DNA of 64,000 nucleotides from Eledone cirrhosa (Eukaryota): NCBI GenBank assembly GCA_964016885.1, contig OZ024741.1, forward strand, positions 64,728,001-64,792,000. The letters are read 5' to 3'. Each line of letters opens with the position of its first letter. Position 1 is the first letter of the stretch. The notes under the pieces were generated by a model that had not been told where the DNA came from, did no database searches, and saw only the letters and a program-made list of their open reading frames with translations. This document shows, piece by piece, positions 24,759 to 36,975 of this stretch. Made by a program: the position numbers and the translations under genes.

Positions 24759-24971
24759 GATTTTTCAAAGAAATTTTTTTGTTTGATAATTATAAAAGTT
24801 TAAATTTTGGGCTCAAGGCCCCAGTCTTTTTGAGTGTCCTTTCCGAAAGCAAATTTTGTGACCTTATAAACAGTTAACAACAAAAGTTTTCCATAAATGG
24901 CAATTTTAAACAAACGAAAACAACAAACCTTTGCGGAGCTCACGATGATACGATTTCCTATGTAGGTCCCC

Positions 24972-25011
24972 AATAATAATAATAATAATGAAATTATTGT
25001 GTACAGAGCTC
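24972..25011 (-). mobile_element. CR1-like 3' terminal stub whose (ATT)n tail hosts the Tx1-like insertion
   Basis: TGAGCTCTGTACACAATAATTTCATTATT matches CR1 ends at 962-990 and 10401-10443. Confidence 0.75.
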
Positions 25012-25459
25012 AATATATCCATATAAAATTTTAATACCTGAACAAAATTATAATTTTTTCATAGCATGAAAAAAAATCATGTTTATTTTACATATTTTTT
25101 TGTCTGGCCAGGATACGAAGGTTAATTTTTAGGAATCTTTATCTGCTAAATGCACACTTCACATTATCATTTAAAATATTATTTGCAATAGTACATCCAC
25201 TCATTCAAGAGTGACCTGTTACATTTTTCCTAAACTCATTCAATTCACTTAAATTGTAAAACTATAAATTATTTTGTTTTTGGAATAGAAAATATTACTT
25301 TTGTTTGTACAAGCATTTAAACTATACACTATTAAGCTGTAATCATTACAATTATTTCTTGAATGTACTTCAATATGAACAAAAGTAAAGTCCTTCATTT
25401 AATGTAATAACATACTTAAAATATAAACATTTCTCAAGAGAGTTCTTATTGTAAGCCTA

Positions 25460-25993
25460 TTAACTCTTTGAGGTCGATATTTCTGAAGAAAAGTACTACT
25501 TGTGTTTTAATTAATTTTGAAAATAATCAAGAATTCAGTGGAATTTAACTTTTTTTTACTATTAAACTGGTATTTGGAGTATAACAAAAGTTTCTTATTT
25601 AAAATTATGATGGCAGCTCTTAATATAAATATGAGCACTTTAAAATAAGATGTTTTGTATTAGAAAAAGAAGCAGTACCAGGTGAGTTGATATTAACAGA
25701 ATTCAAAAAGGTCAAGAACACATTCTCTCTTACACACAGTGAATACTGAAAATGTGCCTCTTTCATTATTGCATTTCAAATGAAATACTTTGTATTTTAA
25801 ATAATTAATGAAGAATTTAGGAAGTATTTACTAAAATGATAATTTCATTAAAATAGTATTTGTAACATAACAAAATGTTCTTATATAAAATTATGTCGGA
25901 AGGTTTTAATTTAAGTGGGAACCCTTTAAAGTGGGTAGTTTTGTTTCAGAGAACCAGAGGCAGTTTTGGGCAGATTGGTATCAAAAGGGTTAA
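25460..25993. mobile_element. two adjacent degenerate MITE family 2 copies, reverse orientation
   Basis: Ends GGTATCAAAAGGG-TTAA; body is the reverse complement of 28547-28779. Confidence 0.5.
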
Positions 25994-26123
25994 TTTTTAT
26001 TACACTTACAGTTAATACTATAGAAGAATCATTATCCATTAACATTTTCAATTTTAGGCTTGATAGAACAAGAAAGAGCTGCAAATAATTTCTCAACCTA
26101 TACCATTTTTTCATAGTACTTAC

Positions 26124-26148
26124 CAAATAAACTGCTTTGTCTGTACAT
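26124..26148 (-). CDS. candidate alternative first coding exon of AMPK gamma: MYRQSSLF
   Basis: ATG + 7 codons + G then strong donor GTAAGT; phase 1 fits the 15948 acceptor; in-frame TAA just upstream. Short enough to be chance. Confidence 0.4.
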
Positions 26149-27662
26149 TAGAGATTATGAAAATCTGCATAGCTAAATTCACTAGCAGCTAACCAAAATA
26201 TTGTATTGATTAGCACCAATAAAAATAAATATTGCTAATTTAGAACTTTGTAGAAGCTAACTTTGCTAGCAGATATATACAAAGAACAATTAGTCATTGT
26301 TATCTAAATAAATGAGAAGGCTAATGAATGGACAGGAACATTTCATACAATTATGTGAGATAGTCCACTAGCAATATTCACAAACATATGAATAACAGCC
26401 TAAATAAACAGACATGTTAGTAGTACAAGACTAAACATTGGAAATGCTTTGTGAATGAAAGATTTTTATTTCTCAAGGTCACTTCTATGGCCTAACACTT
26501 TCACTCCCACAGTGGTACGAGCCCCCCCGCTCTTCAATGATTCCTCAGTGCTGGGACCACAATAAAAATGCACCCAGCCTATCATCTAAAGCAGTAATGT
26601 TGGTGCCATGAAAAGCATCTAGTCCACCCTATAAAGTAATTGTACCAGAATCATAATAAAATGTTCCTGGTAGTGGTGGTATTAGGAAGGGCATCCAGCC
26701 ATAGATAACAAGCTCAAAACAGAGCGTATGAACAAGACATGGGCACCTGATCAGTCTAGCTTCAGTATGTCATAACCTGTGTCACCCATGCATGATGATG
26801 ACAATGAACCATAAACAAGAATTTTAGAAGTGTATATTACCAGTCTTTGGTTGGATGCTCATTCCAGGAATATAATTAGAATGGTCTGTAGCATGTAGAT
26901 GTAAGGACCATTAAGCTTTGCCTTCAGGTATTTTGTGAGTGTCCAGGAAATGGACCCATATAATATCACTGATTTCACAGTGGTACTGAAGAAGCTTCTT
27001 TGATGATGATGGCTAGAAGACACTAAGGCCTCCAAGAATAGCCCATGCTTTTATGAGATTTGTTTTTACATTTTTTTCTTTAAATCTTAGTAATGAAATA
27101 ACAATTTTTGTAAATCTCTCCCATTTTTTCATTAATTAAATGAAATAGAGTGTATTTCATTGGAAAACAAGCGTTAAAATGAATAAACCCAAATTGATTT
27201 AATTTGTTGAATACTTAAAAAAATTCCATGAAGTGGTGCTCCAGCAAGACCGTGAAAGAATAAAAGAAAGAATTGTTTATTTCATGCTAAAACTGGTATT
27301 CTTACATTTAAAGTATTAACAGAAAAGTGCATTAACAACTCTGCATATGTCTGTGTCTATGTAAACTTCTATGCATTTGTATATGTTTATCTAGTCATAA
27401 TTAACATACATCCAGGCTATTACAGCTATCTCAGTATTAAATTAAGAGTAGTGTATACATGTATTTCTCAATTGTTACTGTTCTCCGGCACTCATTGCAT
27501 TATATGTAAATAAGCTTTCAAAAAGAATAATTTGTTTACAAAATCTTTCAGAATTTACTGTCTCTTATACCTCAGCATCTCTGGTATTTGAACTAAGTAT
27601 ATAAATGTGCATAAAAATTGTTAGGCACTCTTCTGATTTTGCAATCTGCAACTTTTCTATCA

Positions 27663-27795
27663 AAGCTGGTGAATTGGCAGAATCATTAGAGCATTGAATA
27701 AAACACTTTGTGGAATTCATTTCAGTCTCTGCACACCGAGTTCAACTCCCACCAAAGTCAACTTTTCATCCTTTCATCGATAAATAAAGTACTAA
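27663..27795 (+). mobile_element. degenerate SINE family A
   Basis: TTGGCAGAATCATTAGAGC...GAGTTCAACTCC...TTTCATCCTT. Confidence 0.6.
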
Positions 27796-28329
27796 TACAA
27801 GGCAGTGGATTTGAGGAATTGTTAGAGTATACACTGTTGTATCTGTTTTGGCTCTGTGTTCTGATGGAAACACACATGCACCATTGGTGCCAAGTTGTAT
27901 CAGTTCTTAGACAACATTGGAGACATTGAAATATGTCTTAAAATAACACTTCTTATATACTTATGCGCTATAGAATAACTGATTCCAATGAGGGATGCAC
28001 ACACGTCGATTATATTAATTCACAATTACCATAACAAATAAATTGTAATGGATTTTGTATGCTTGTCGTTGTATACTTCAACAAATGAAACCCCTCTCTA
28101 ACCTTTATTCAGTTGCTTAACCTGTTAGGAATAGCAAGAAAATCTCCCTCAAATCATGTCCTAATAATTAAACATGGTCATAGACTGTAATGTGTTTGAT
28201 ATTTTTATTACTTTATTTTGATGGAAGATAATATTAGAGAAAAGCAATGAAGAATGACATGATGCTGAATGAAAATAAAAGTAATATATATAAACATACA
28301 GACCTTAATTAAATATGGAATGATATGCG

Positions 28330-28475
28330 ATGGGGGCCCCCCACAGCCCAGGCGGTCAGAATGGAGAAGGCGTTTCCCCGGAGGATGGCAAGGGAGACGC
28401 GCTGGAAAAGCCACTCCAACTCGCAGGGCTCACACCTGCGGCTGGCCAGCTCAGCGCCTATGCAATAACTAACTG
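28330..28475 (-). mobile_element. CRE-like retrotransposon C-terminal fragment
   Basis: GC-rich island translating to IGAELASRRCEPCELEWLFQRVSLAILRGNAFSIL. Confidence 0.7.
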
Positions 28476-28546
28476 GAGCTAGCTAACTAAACCACAGCAC
28501 ACACTGGAATTACAATGAGCTCTTTATAAAATGAATATCAAAAATG

Positions 28547-28779
28547 TTAACTCGTTTGATACTAACCTGTCCCAAATTGGTTCTGGTTCTATGAAACAAA
28601 ACCACCCATATTAAAGGGTTCCTATTTAAATTAAAATCTTCCAAAATAATTATATAAAAACCATATGTTTAGTTACTAAGTAAATAAATGAAATAATTAA
28701 TAATTTTAGTAAATCCCTCAAAATTTTTTATTAATCAATTGACAGTGTTTCATTAGGAATAAGGTCATTAAAGGGTTAA
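28547..28779. mobile_element. piggyBac-like MITE, family 2
   Basis: TTAA-CTCGTTTGATAC...ATTAAAGGG-TTAA. Confidence 0.6.
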
Positions 28780-29440
28780 AGAAACAATAAGCTTTTATTA
28801 CAAAAACATAACATATTTGATATACTACAGACATTGTTTAACAAGTGCAGTATCGATAAACCAACAATTATTGTCAAGCTTTCAAAATAAATGAACTCTC
28901 AATTGAGTAATACAATGGGTTTGTTAGTGCTTTGATATTTTTATACAAATTAATGTTTAGTATTCAAGTCAACTCTCATCAGATCAATCTATCCATGATA
29001 ATAGCATCTAGGACCACATTATCCAATATGTCCTAAGATGGTCACATTTGGTTTGAGGTAGACTTGACTGCTATTTTAGTAGGTTGAACAACCAAGTAGA
29101 AGCCCTCTCTATTAATTAAATAAGGATTCAGAGCTAGCACCAAAAGTCATATAGTAACAGTGATAAGAAATATATCCTTTCCTTCTACTAACTAAATATT
29201 TCCTCTCTGTATATGCAGTGTATACATTTTCCTATAAATCAAAAATATAAATGCAATAGTTTATTATTTGTTGCTTTTTATTTTTACTCCAGTTTCAATG
29301 GCAGTCTAGTAGTTACAGAGTCATTGATGGAAGACAGCAATTTCCTGTTCATAGACAGAATGCCAAGCATCCTGTCAGACACAGGTAGATGGAAAGTATA
29401 CATTTATTTACAACTTATAAACTAAAGTACCACTAACATA

Positions 29441-29770
29441 TTAACCCTTTTGATACCAAACTATCCAATAAAAAAACAAACAAACAAAAAAAAACTTTTC
29501 ATTTATCTAAAAACATTCCATCATAATTATGTTTAAGAACTTTTAAGATATGTTCCAAATGCCAACTAAATAATTGTTTCTACTATTGGCACAAGGCCAG
29601 AAAATTACCCAGTACATTACTGGTACTTTATTTTATCGACCCCGTAAGGATGAAAGGCAAAGTTAACCTCGGCGGAATGATAAATTTAGTTATTTTACTA
29701 AATACCCCCGAATTCTTGATTATTTGAAATTCAGAGGCAGTGTCTTTCATTAGAAATATGGTAATGAAAA
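29441..29770. mobile_element. MITE family 2 interrupted by a 5'-truncated family A SINE (29569-29677, minus)
   Basis: TTAACCCTTTTGATACC start; body resumes after the SINE. Confidence 0.6.
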
Positions 29771-30066
29771 TCACTTGGAGGTGCAACATCTTTAAAAAAA
29801 AAAAGAAAAAACGTTTCTAAAACAGGAGTTATGTTAATTTTCTTTTAAAGTCAAGAGTACATAGTTCAGTCATATATCATTGAGGTAGTGATGGTATAGG
29901 TTGCTGATATTTATGCTTACACAAACAAAATATAATCATATATATGAAAGACCTATCCTACACAGCTGGCGAGAGTACTGTAACAGACACTTAGTAATCA
30001 CAACATCCACCACCATCATTATAATCACCATATTATATTCATGTTCTATGCAGTTTTATTCTTTTA

Positions 30067-31138
30067 CTAGCAGTGGTACCTGGCATTGCATGGGATAAGG
30101 TATTTTGGAACGCGGGCCGCCAACAGACCTAATCGTGGAAAAACTGTATGCCTGGACAATATGTAAAGAAAATAAACCGAATGCGCTGATGCAATTAGTA
30201 TTAGGTATGCTTCTCCTTCCACGTGGAGAAAATCGGCTTGGTGCATTTGTACTTTAATAAAGTGGCATGAGTCAGCAGGACAGATGTCACCACTTATGTC
30301 AGAGGGAAGTCTGCAATGCTTGAGCAAGGCATGACGTGCAATCGGACAGCATGTGGAGCCTTCTCAAAAGAGTCCACCGCACCTTAGTAAGTAAACGCAA
30401 CTGGACAAACATTTACCAAACTGTGGGTATAATTTAACAAATTTAAAGAGGAATGGTGCAATAAAATGGGCCCCGAGGCGTGTGCGTGTTCTCTGACAGC
30501 CCTAAACGAAAGGGTTGCCATCAGTTATTTCAAGGGCCCTTAAAAGGGCCTTGTAAGCCATTCACTGACACCCCAGTAAGGAGGGGTAACCATCAACAAT
30601 TTCAAGTGGTGGCCCTAAAAAGAGCCATGTGAGTGTTCACTTGTAGCGCTTAATAGTAACTTTGACTGCGTTCTATGACAATTGGAGAGTGTTACGGTTG
30701 CTTCCACTGGTAGCCTTTAGAATGAATCAGAATGCGTTTGCGGTCCGTTTAACAGCCATACATTGACGCGCCGAGTGCGATGCAGACAGCCAGACGCACA
30801 GAGATATTATAAGGGCGCGTTCTGGACTAAGAGGGAATTGTGGGAAGTGACGTAATGCAGACAGCCAGACATACAGACAGATATTATAAGGGCGCGACGT
30901 TATATGTATGTATCTATCTAAAAAGAGAAAGACTAAGAGTTATAGAGAGAGATCGCTAAATCGCCTAATGTGGTCCCTAGAGCATTGAAAATTTGAAATT
31001 TTGTTTACTCAGAACACTCCCTGAAACATAAGTATTACATGTGTAAAGTTTGAAAACAGTCGGTTGGGTGGTTCTCGAGTTTTAGGGATTCAAACTCACA
31101 CACACACAAACAGACATCCTCAGTTTTATATATATAGA
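30067..31138 (-). mobile_element. complete non-autonomous Helitron (1072 bp)
   Basis: Minus strand reads A|TCTATATATATAAAACTGAG...CCCATGCAATGCCAGG..CTAG|T: 5' TC, 3' hairpin and CTAG, inserted between A and T with no TSD. Confidence 0.85.
30535..30626 (-). promoter_or_regulatory. two histone-mRNA-type 3' stem-loops inside the Helitron (30611-30626 and 30535-30550)
   Basis: GGCTCT-TTTT-AGGGCC-ACCA and AA-GGCCCT-TTTA-AGGGCC match the 6-bp stem / 4-nt loop histone consensus. Confidence 0.65.
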
Positions 31139-31523
31139 TTATTTTGATAGTTGCATTCATCATACTACCCCCATGGTAGGACACCCCTTCAAAAGTTATA
31201 GTTAATCAGACTGACACCAGCACTCATTTCAATCTGGTACTTATTTTATCAATCTCTATTTGATAAACTACTAAGTTATGATATATAAAGGGACAACATA
31301 AACAACAACATTGGATTTTAGACCGGTATACAACATTAATACAAACAAGGACATGCATACATATATATGATGGGTTTCTGCACAATTTCTGTCAATCAAA
31401 TTTCATTCACATGGTGGTCAACCAAGGTGCCATTCATATGGCTTAGAGGCAAACTAATTTCCTTGATTCATCAGCTTGAAGAATTTTTGAAACAGAAGAG
31501 AAAAGCAACTTTGGTGTAAGATA

Positions 31524-31760
31524 TTAACCCTTTCAATATCACCCCACCCAAAGACTCCTCCGATTTTATGGAATAAAACCATCCATTTAAAGAATTCCTA
31601 TTAAACTAAAATTTCCAACATAATTTTATATAAGAATTCTGCACTATTATGCTATCAATACCATCTTAATTGAAATAATTTCAGTAAATCTCTCCAAAAT
31701 CTTCATTGATGAATTCAAACAAACTGTATTTTATCAGAAATATGGTAACAAAATGGTTAA
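31524..31760. mobile_element. piggyBac-like MITE, family 2
   Basis: TTAA-CCCTTTCAATATC...AAAATGG-TTAA. Confidence 0.6.
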
Positions 31761-32234
31761 AACAAACCAATATATTTTGATACTATAAATATGTTTAACC
31801 TTGTATAAATAAACATCTGACATAGATAAGAATCATAGCTAGCAGAAAAAGGATTTCACACCTGTTTAGCAATATATAAATCTGGCATACATTCTAAACT
31901 TCCAGCCCAATAGTTTTATCTTCACTTTACTTTTTCAAAATCTAGCATTGCTTTAACTTTGTAGACAAATTTTGTTCCTTGTAAGCTGTTTATATCTTTA
32001 TCTGTTAATTTATCTCTTCATACCACTGGATGTTTACTTAACAATATTATACATACACTATACAAATTTTTCCTACAATATTTGAACATATTTTTCTCTT
32101 AATTCTAAGTTGACGAACCATTCAATTAACCATAATAATATACTAGTGTGTTTATATATTTATATATATCTCCATCTGTAATTCTACAATTTACACACAA
32201 ATACATACAAACATATACACATAGCTTTGCAATA

Positions 32235-34807
32235 TCCTCAGAGCTGCTGCCAGGAAAACAGCCACTTATGTGTTTATTGCAGGTGACTTCAATCATCTTG
32301 AGATTGATTGGGAAACCTTTCATTGGCCACAAAGTGCAAACGATTTCCTTGAGCTAGTGCTGGACTCAAACTGGTCACAAGTGGTCACCTCTCCAACAAG
32401 AAGTGACAACACTTTGGACCTGATCTTCACCACTACTCCTGAAGTGGTTATCAGTTGTACTACTGAGGAACCTCTAGGCGACTCTGATCATGCTATGATC
32501 ATTGCCAATCTGGCTCTTGTGGGCAGCAACAAAAACCAGAACAATCTCCAGTCTGATTGCTTTGATTGGAAGAAAGCAGATTGGAAGAAAGCAGATTGGA
32601 ACTTGTACTGCACTGAGCTACAGCGCCAAAACTGGCATGAGTTCTATAACTCTGGAGATGTGAACGCTATACTCCAGAGCATCCTGGACTCAATATGGAT
32701 AGCGTGTATAGCATCAGTGCCACGTAAGCCAAAAAATAACCACCCCAAAAGTGCAATTTGGGAAACTTCAGCTGTCCGACTTGCCAGGAAAGAACGCCGG
32801 AATGCTGAACGGGAATATAAACTGCATAAATCAGATGCCAACAGAAAAAAGCAGAATAAATCTTCCAACCATCTCAAGCAAGTGACAAAAAAGGCAGTGC
32901 TTGAATTTGAACAGTGCATAGCAACCAATCCTGACAGTAAGGTGTTCTGGAAATATGTACATCCAAAGCAGAGACCTCACTCTCCAGTTGGTCCTCTTCG
33001 CAATCCCCACACAAGTCAGATCACTGACGATCCCAAAGAATGCACAGAACTCATTGCTGAGTGCTATGCAAGCATTTTTACTGTTGAAAACGAGAATGTA
33101 CGTACCATCTCCACCATCTCTAACATCAAATTCCATAACAACTATGGAATTTACACCTGCAATGCTGCGACGTCACCTTAAGAATAAGCGCAACTATGCC
33201 TCCCCTGGTCTTGATGGTGTTACATACCTGCTTCTCAAACGTGGTGGGTACTTCCTTTTGCACCAGCTTTCTTTCTTCTTTCAACACTGTCTCAACAATG
33301 GTGCTACTCCGGAGCAGTGGAAAACTGCCAGTGTCATTCCCCTGTTCAAAAAGGGCAACCGCACGTCACCTGTCAACTATCGTCCAGTCAGTCTTACTAG
33401 CTGTATTGCAAAACTGATGGAATCTTGTGTCAGAGAAGCACTTTGGAACTTCTGGAGCTCTCACAGCCTCCACCGTCCCTCGCAATTTGGATTTATCCCT
33501 AACTCCAGCTGCGGTGATCAGCTTATCGAGTTCCTTGAAGACATTACCCGGATCACTGACAGCGGCTCATGGGTGGATGTTGTTTACCTTGACTTCGCTA
33601 AGGCTTTTAATTCTGTCCCACACAAAAGACTTATGGCGAAACTCTCTACAATGGGTGTGAGGGATGATCTTTTTAACTGGTTGAAATCCTTCATTCTCAG
33701 CCGTAAAGAGGTAGTCACGGTTCTAGGACAGCATTCCTCACCATATGAGATGTCATCTGGTGTACCACAGGGACCTGTTCTTGGTCCTCTTTTGTTTGTT
33801 GCATACATTAATGATAGAAGATGCCAACTTAAATAATGCCACAGTACTGAAATATGCAGATGACATCAAGCTGTACCTTGAAATCAAAAGGACTGATCCT
33901 GAAATCTATAACTCTTTCCTACAATCAGACCTCGACACAATGCAGCAATGGATCACAGACTGGCAACTGAAGCTGGCTGTGGACAAGTGTACCACCATGC
34001 ATTTTGGGAGGAAAAATCCAGCGTCCACATACTCCCTCCACAACACTGATATCAAGAAGTCCTCTTGTGAACGTGACCTGGGCATTACTGTCAGCAGCAA
34101 TTTGCGTTGGACAAAACACATCTCTAAAGTTATCAAGAAGGCCAAGGGTGTCTTGGCATTACTCAGCAAGACCTTTGTTAGCCGCTCTCCAGCCATCTAT
34201 TTAAAGCTGTATACAGCTATGGTACGACCACACTTGGAATTCGCATCATCAGTCTGGAACTCATATCTTGCTCAGAACATTGACCTCCTGGAAACTGTTC
34301 AGAGACGTGCAACCAAGCGCATACCCTCCATCAGACACCTACCATACTCTGAACGCCTTGCTTCCCTGGGCATGGATTCATTGAAGCTTCGACGTCTGGC
34401 AATGGACTTGGTAAACACCCACAAAGTTATTAACCATCTCGCCAACAACAACCCTGAGCACCTTTTTTATCTCCATGTGTCTAACACACGTGGACATGCC
34501 TACAAAGTCAGAAAACAGCACAGCTCCCATGACTTTCGGAAACATTTTTTCATGCTTAGAGTTGCTGAAGCATGGAACAAACTGCCTGCGTCAGTTGTTA
34601 GCTGCCGAGACACTGCATCCTTTAAAACCCTCATGTTTCCTGAAATTCGCCAAAACTACACCTGATGTCCCCCTTCCATACACATGCACACATGTGTATA
34701 TCATGACTCATGCACTGTTCATTTTCCTGACGTTTGTACATTACCCTATGTACTATACATACACTTTTGATGAGTTGTAGTGCACCTGAGCACTGTACAC
34801 AATATTT

Positions 34808-34837
<30 letters not shown>
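32235..34837 (+). mobile_element. 5'-truncated CR1-like LINE ORF2 (partial APE endonuclease and RT), two frameshifts, stop at 34665, (ATT)n tail
   Basis: AGDFN, PTR..NTLDLIF, SDH, SPGLDG, NYRPVSLTS, LDFAKAF, SGVPQG, KYADD, RPHLEFA. Confidence 0.95.
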
Positions 34838-34838
<1 letters not shown>

Positions 34839-35234
34839 GTAAATATCTATTTCTCCAAAGTTACTTATACATTTAATTCTATTTTTTATTTGTATATATA
34901 ATCTGAGCATTTATATAATCATATCGTAGAAATAATGATTAATATATCATCTTTAATCACTTCTACATGTCAGCAATCAATATAAATGATAGGGTTTCTC
35001 TTATGCAAACCATCAATGTATCAAAATACAAATTTTCTAGTTTGTCGCATAGTTCATATATCCAGAGGTCCTGATACACATGACATACCTTTCCTGTATT
35101 CCAACAGTTAAATATGTCATTATTGACAACACTGGTCTACTAATATATATTATAATTTATTATACCTAAAAATAACTGATTGAACCCTCAATCTGTTGTA
35201 TATGCTAAAAATAAAGATAAATATTGTATATTCC

Positions 35235-36975
35235 ACACTAAGGCCTTCCCTATGGAAGAATGCAATGGCCAACAAAAGTTAGTTATAAGTAACATCAAAA
35301 TAAACACAGGACAGAAGATATGCAGGAAAATATGGAAACAGAGGGTTTGGAAGCTAAAGGACCTTTCAGTTAAATATAGGCTTAGAAAGGCCCAACAGGA
35401 TGCAGAAGATGAGGAGGGTGTCGAGCTATAATGTAGAGGACAACTGGAAATTCCTACATGACAACCTTTTGCAAACTACTGATGAGACACGTGGCTGGAA
35501 TAAAGTGTCAGCCAGACAGGGATTGATCTGGTGGTGGAACAGCACAGTGGATAGAGCCATTAAAGCCAAGAGACAGACATGGAAAGACTGGAAAAATGGG
35601 GGTAGCAGAGACCAGTACCTGGTAGCTAAGAAAGAAGATAGATGAAAGGAATACACAGCTCGGAGAGGGGCTAAAAAAGAAAGTTTGCAAGGTCTTGAGA
35701 TGTGAGGAGCAGAGACATGAAATATTCACATTGCAAGTGTGTTAGTGTAAATCAAGATGTTGTTGGGGAAAAATGTGTTAGAAATTATGCTGGTGCACTT
35801 AGCACCACTTATGCCCCCCAAAAAGAGGCCTGGAAATGTTACTATGAGAGATTGATGAATGTAAAGAACAAAAGGGAGGAAGAGAGACTACTACCAACTT
35901 ACCTAACGGAAGGACCAGCTATTGAAGTTGACAGTTATAGGGTCAAAGAAGCAATCAAAGAGATGAAGAATGGCAAAGCTGTAGGACCGTCAGAGATAGT
36001 TGCTGAGATGCTAAAAGCATTGAGCGAAGTAAGAGTCGAACTAGTAACCCACATAGTTAATCAGGTAATACAGGGTGGAGTCCCAATGACTGGCACAGCA
36101 GTATAATCATAAACTGCTACAAGGACAAAGATGACGTTCTTGAAAGGAGCAACTATAGAGGAATAAAACTAATGGACCAAGTTATGAAAGTGAGGGAGAG
36201 AGTTATAGAGAAATTAGAAAAAGAGTCAAATTAGATGAGATGCAATTTGGTTTCATGCCTGGGAAAAATACTAAAGATGCCTTCTTTTAAGTGAGGAAAC
36301 TACAAGAGAAATTCCTAGCCAAGAATAAGCCACTATATTTAGACTTTGTTGATCTAGAAAAGGCCTTTGACAAAGTACCATAACCTATTATCTGGTGGTC
36401 CTTAAGGAAATTAAGCGTAGAAGAATAGCTTGTGAGAGCAGTGCAAGCCATGTACAGAGGAGCTGTTAGTAAAGTGAGAGTAGGAAGTAAGTTCAGTAAG
36501 GAATGCAAGGTACAGGTAAGAGTTCATCAAAGTTCAGTTCTTAGCCTACTGCTGTTCATTATAGTTCTCCAGGCCATAACAGAGGAGTTTAAAACAAGCT
36601 GTCCATGGGATCTTTTTAGGCAGATGATTTGGTCCTTGTAGCCAAATCCATAAAAGAACTAGAAAATAAGTTCTGACTATGGAAATGGAAATCAAAATGC
36701 CTTAGAGTAAACTTAGTGAGTAGGAAAGCAGATAAGACCCTGATCCCTTCAGGGAAGTAGCCATGCTCCATATGCAGAAAAGGAGTAGGCATAAGCTCCA
36801 TACAATGTACACATGTAAATCTTGGGTACACAAGAGATGTAGTGGGATAATGGGTAGACTAACAGGAAAGCAAGACTTTGTATGTACAGGAGTAATCGAG
36901 GGGAAGAGCACCAGTGATTTAAACCTTTATCAGTCACAGGAAGGGCCCATAGAAATGGTTGATAGCTTCTGTTAT
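35235..36975 (+). mobile_element. decayed RTE-clade LINE (PHD-finger family), linker and RT
   Basis: WWWN, GKAVGP, NYRGIKL, QFGFMPG, FVDLEKAFD, HQSSVLS, CSICRKGVG..CKSWVHKRCSG; many stops and frameshifts. Confidence 0.88.

Larger units (their letters stand above)
19282..24970 (-). mobile_element. full-length, decayed Tx1-like (L1 group) non-LTR retrotransposon, about 5.7 kb
   Basis: ORF1 with CCHC knuckle; ORF2 with APE endonuclease, RT and C-terminal Cys/His motif; AATAAA then (ATT)n tail; identical 20-mer CAATAATAATAATAATAATG at 19281-19300 and 24971-24990. Confidence 0.92.

Noticed and set aside
26841-26885. Possible small phase 1/1 exon (HSNYIPGMSIQPKT)
   Set aside because: Weak acceptor and donor, no homology; indistinguishable from chance.
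30630-30720. Histone H2B pseudogene upstream of the stem-loops
   Set aside because: Only a few terminal codons are vaguely similar; too weak to annotate.
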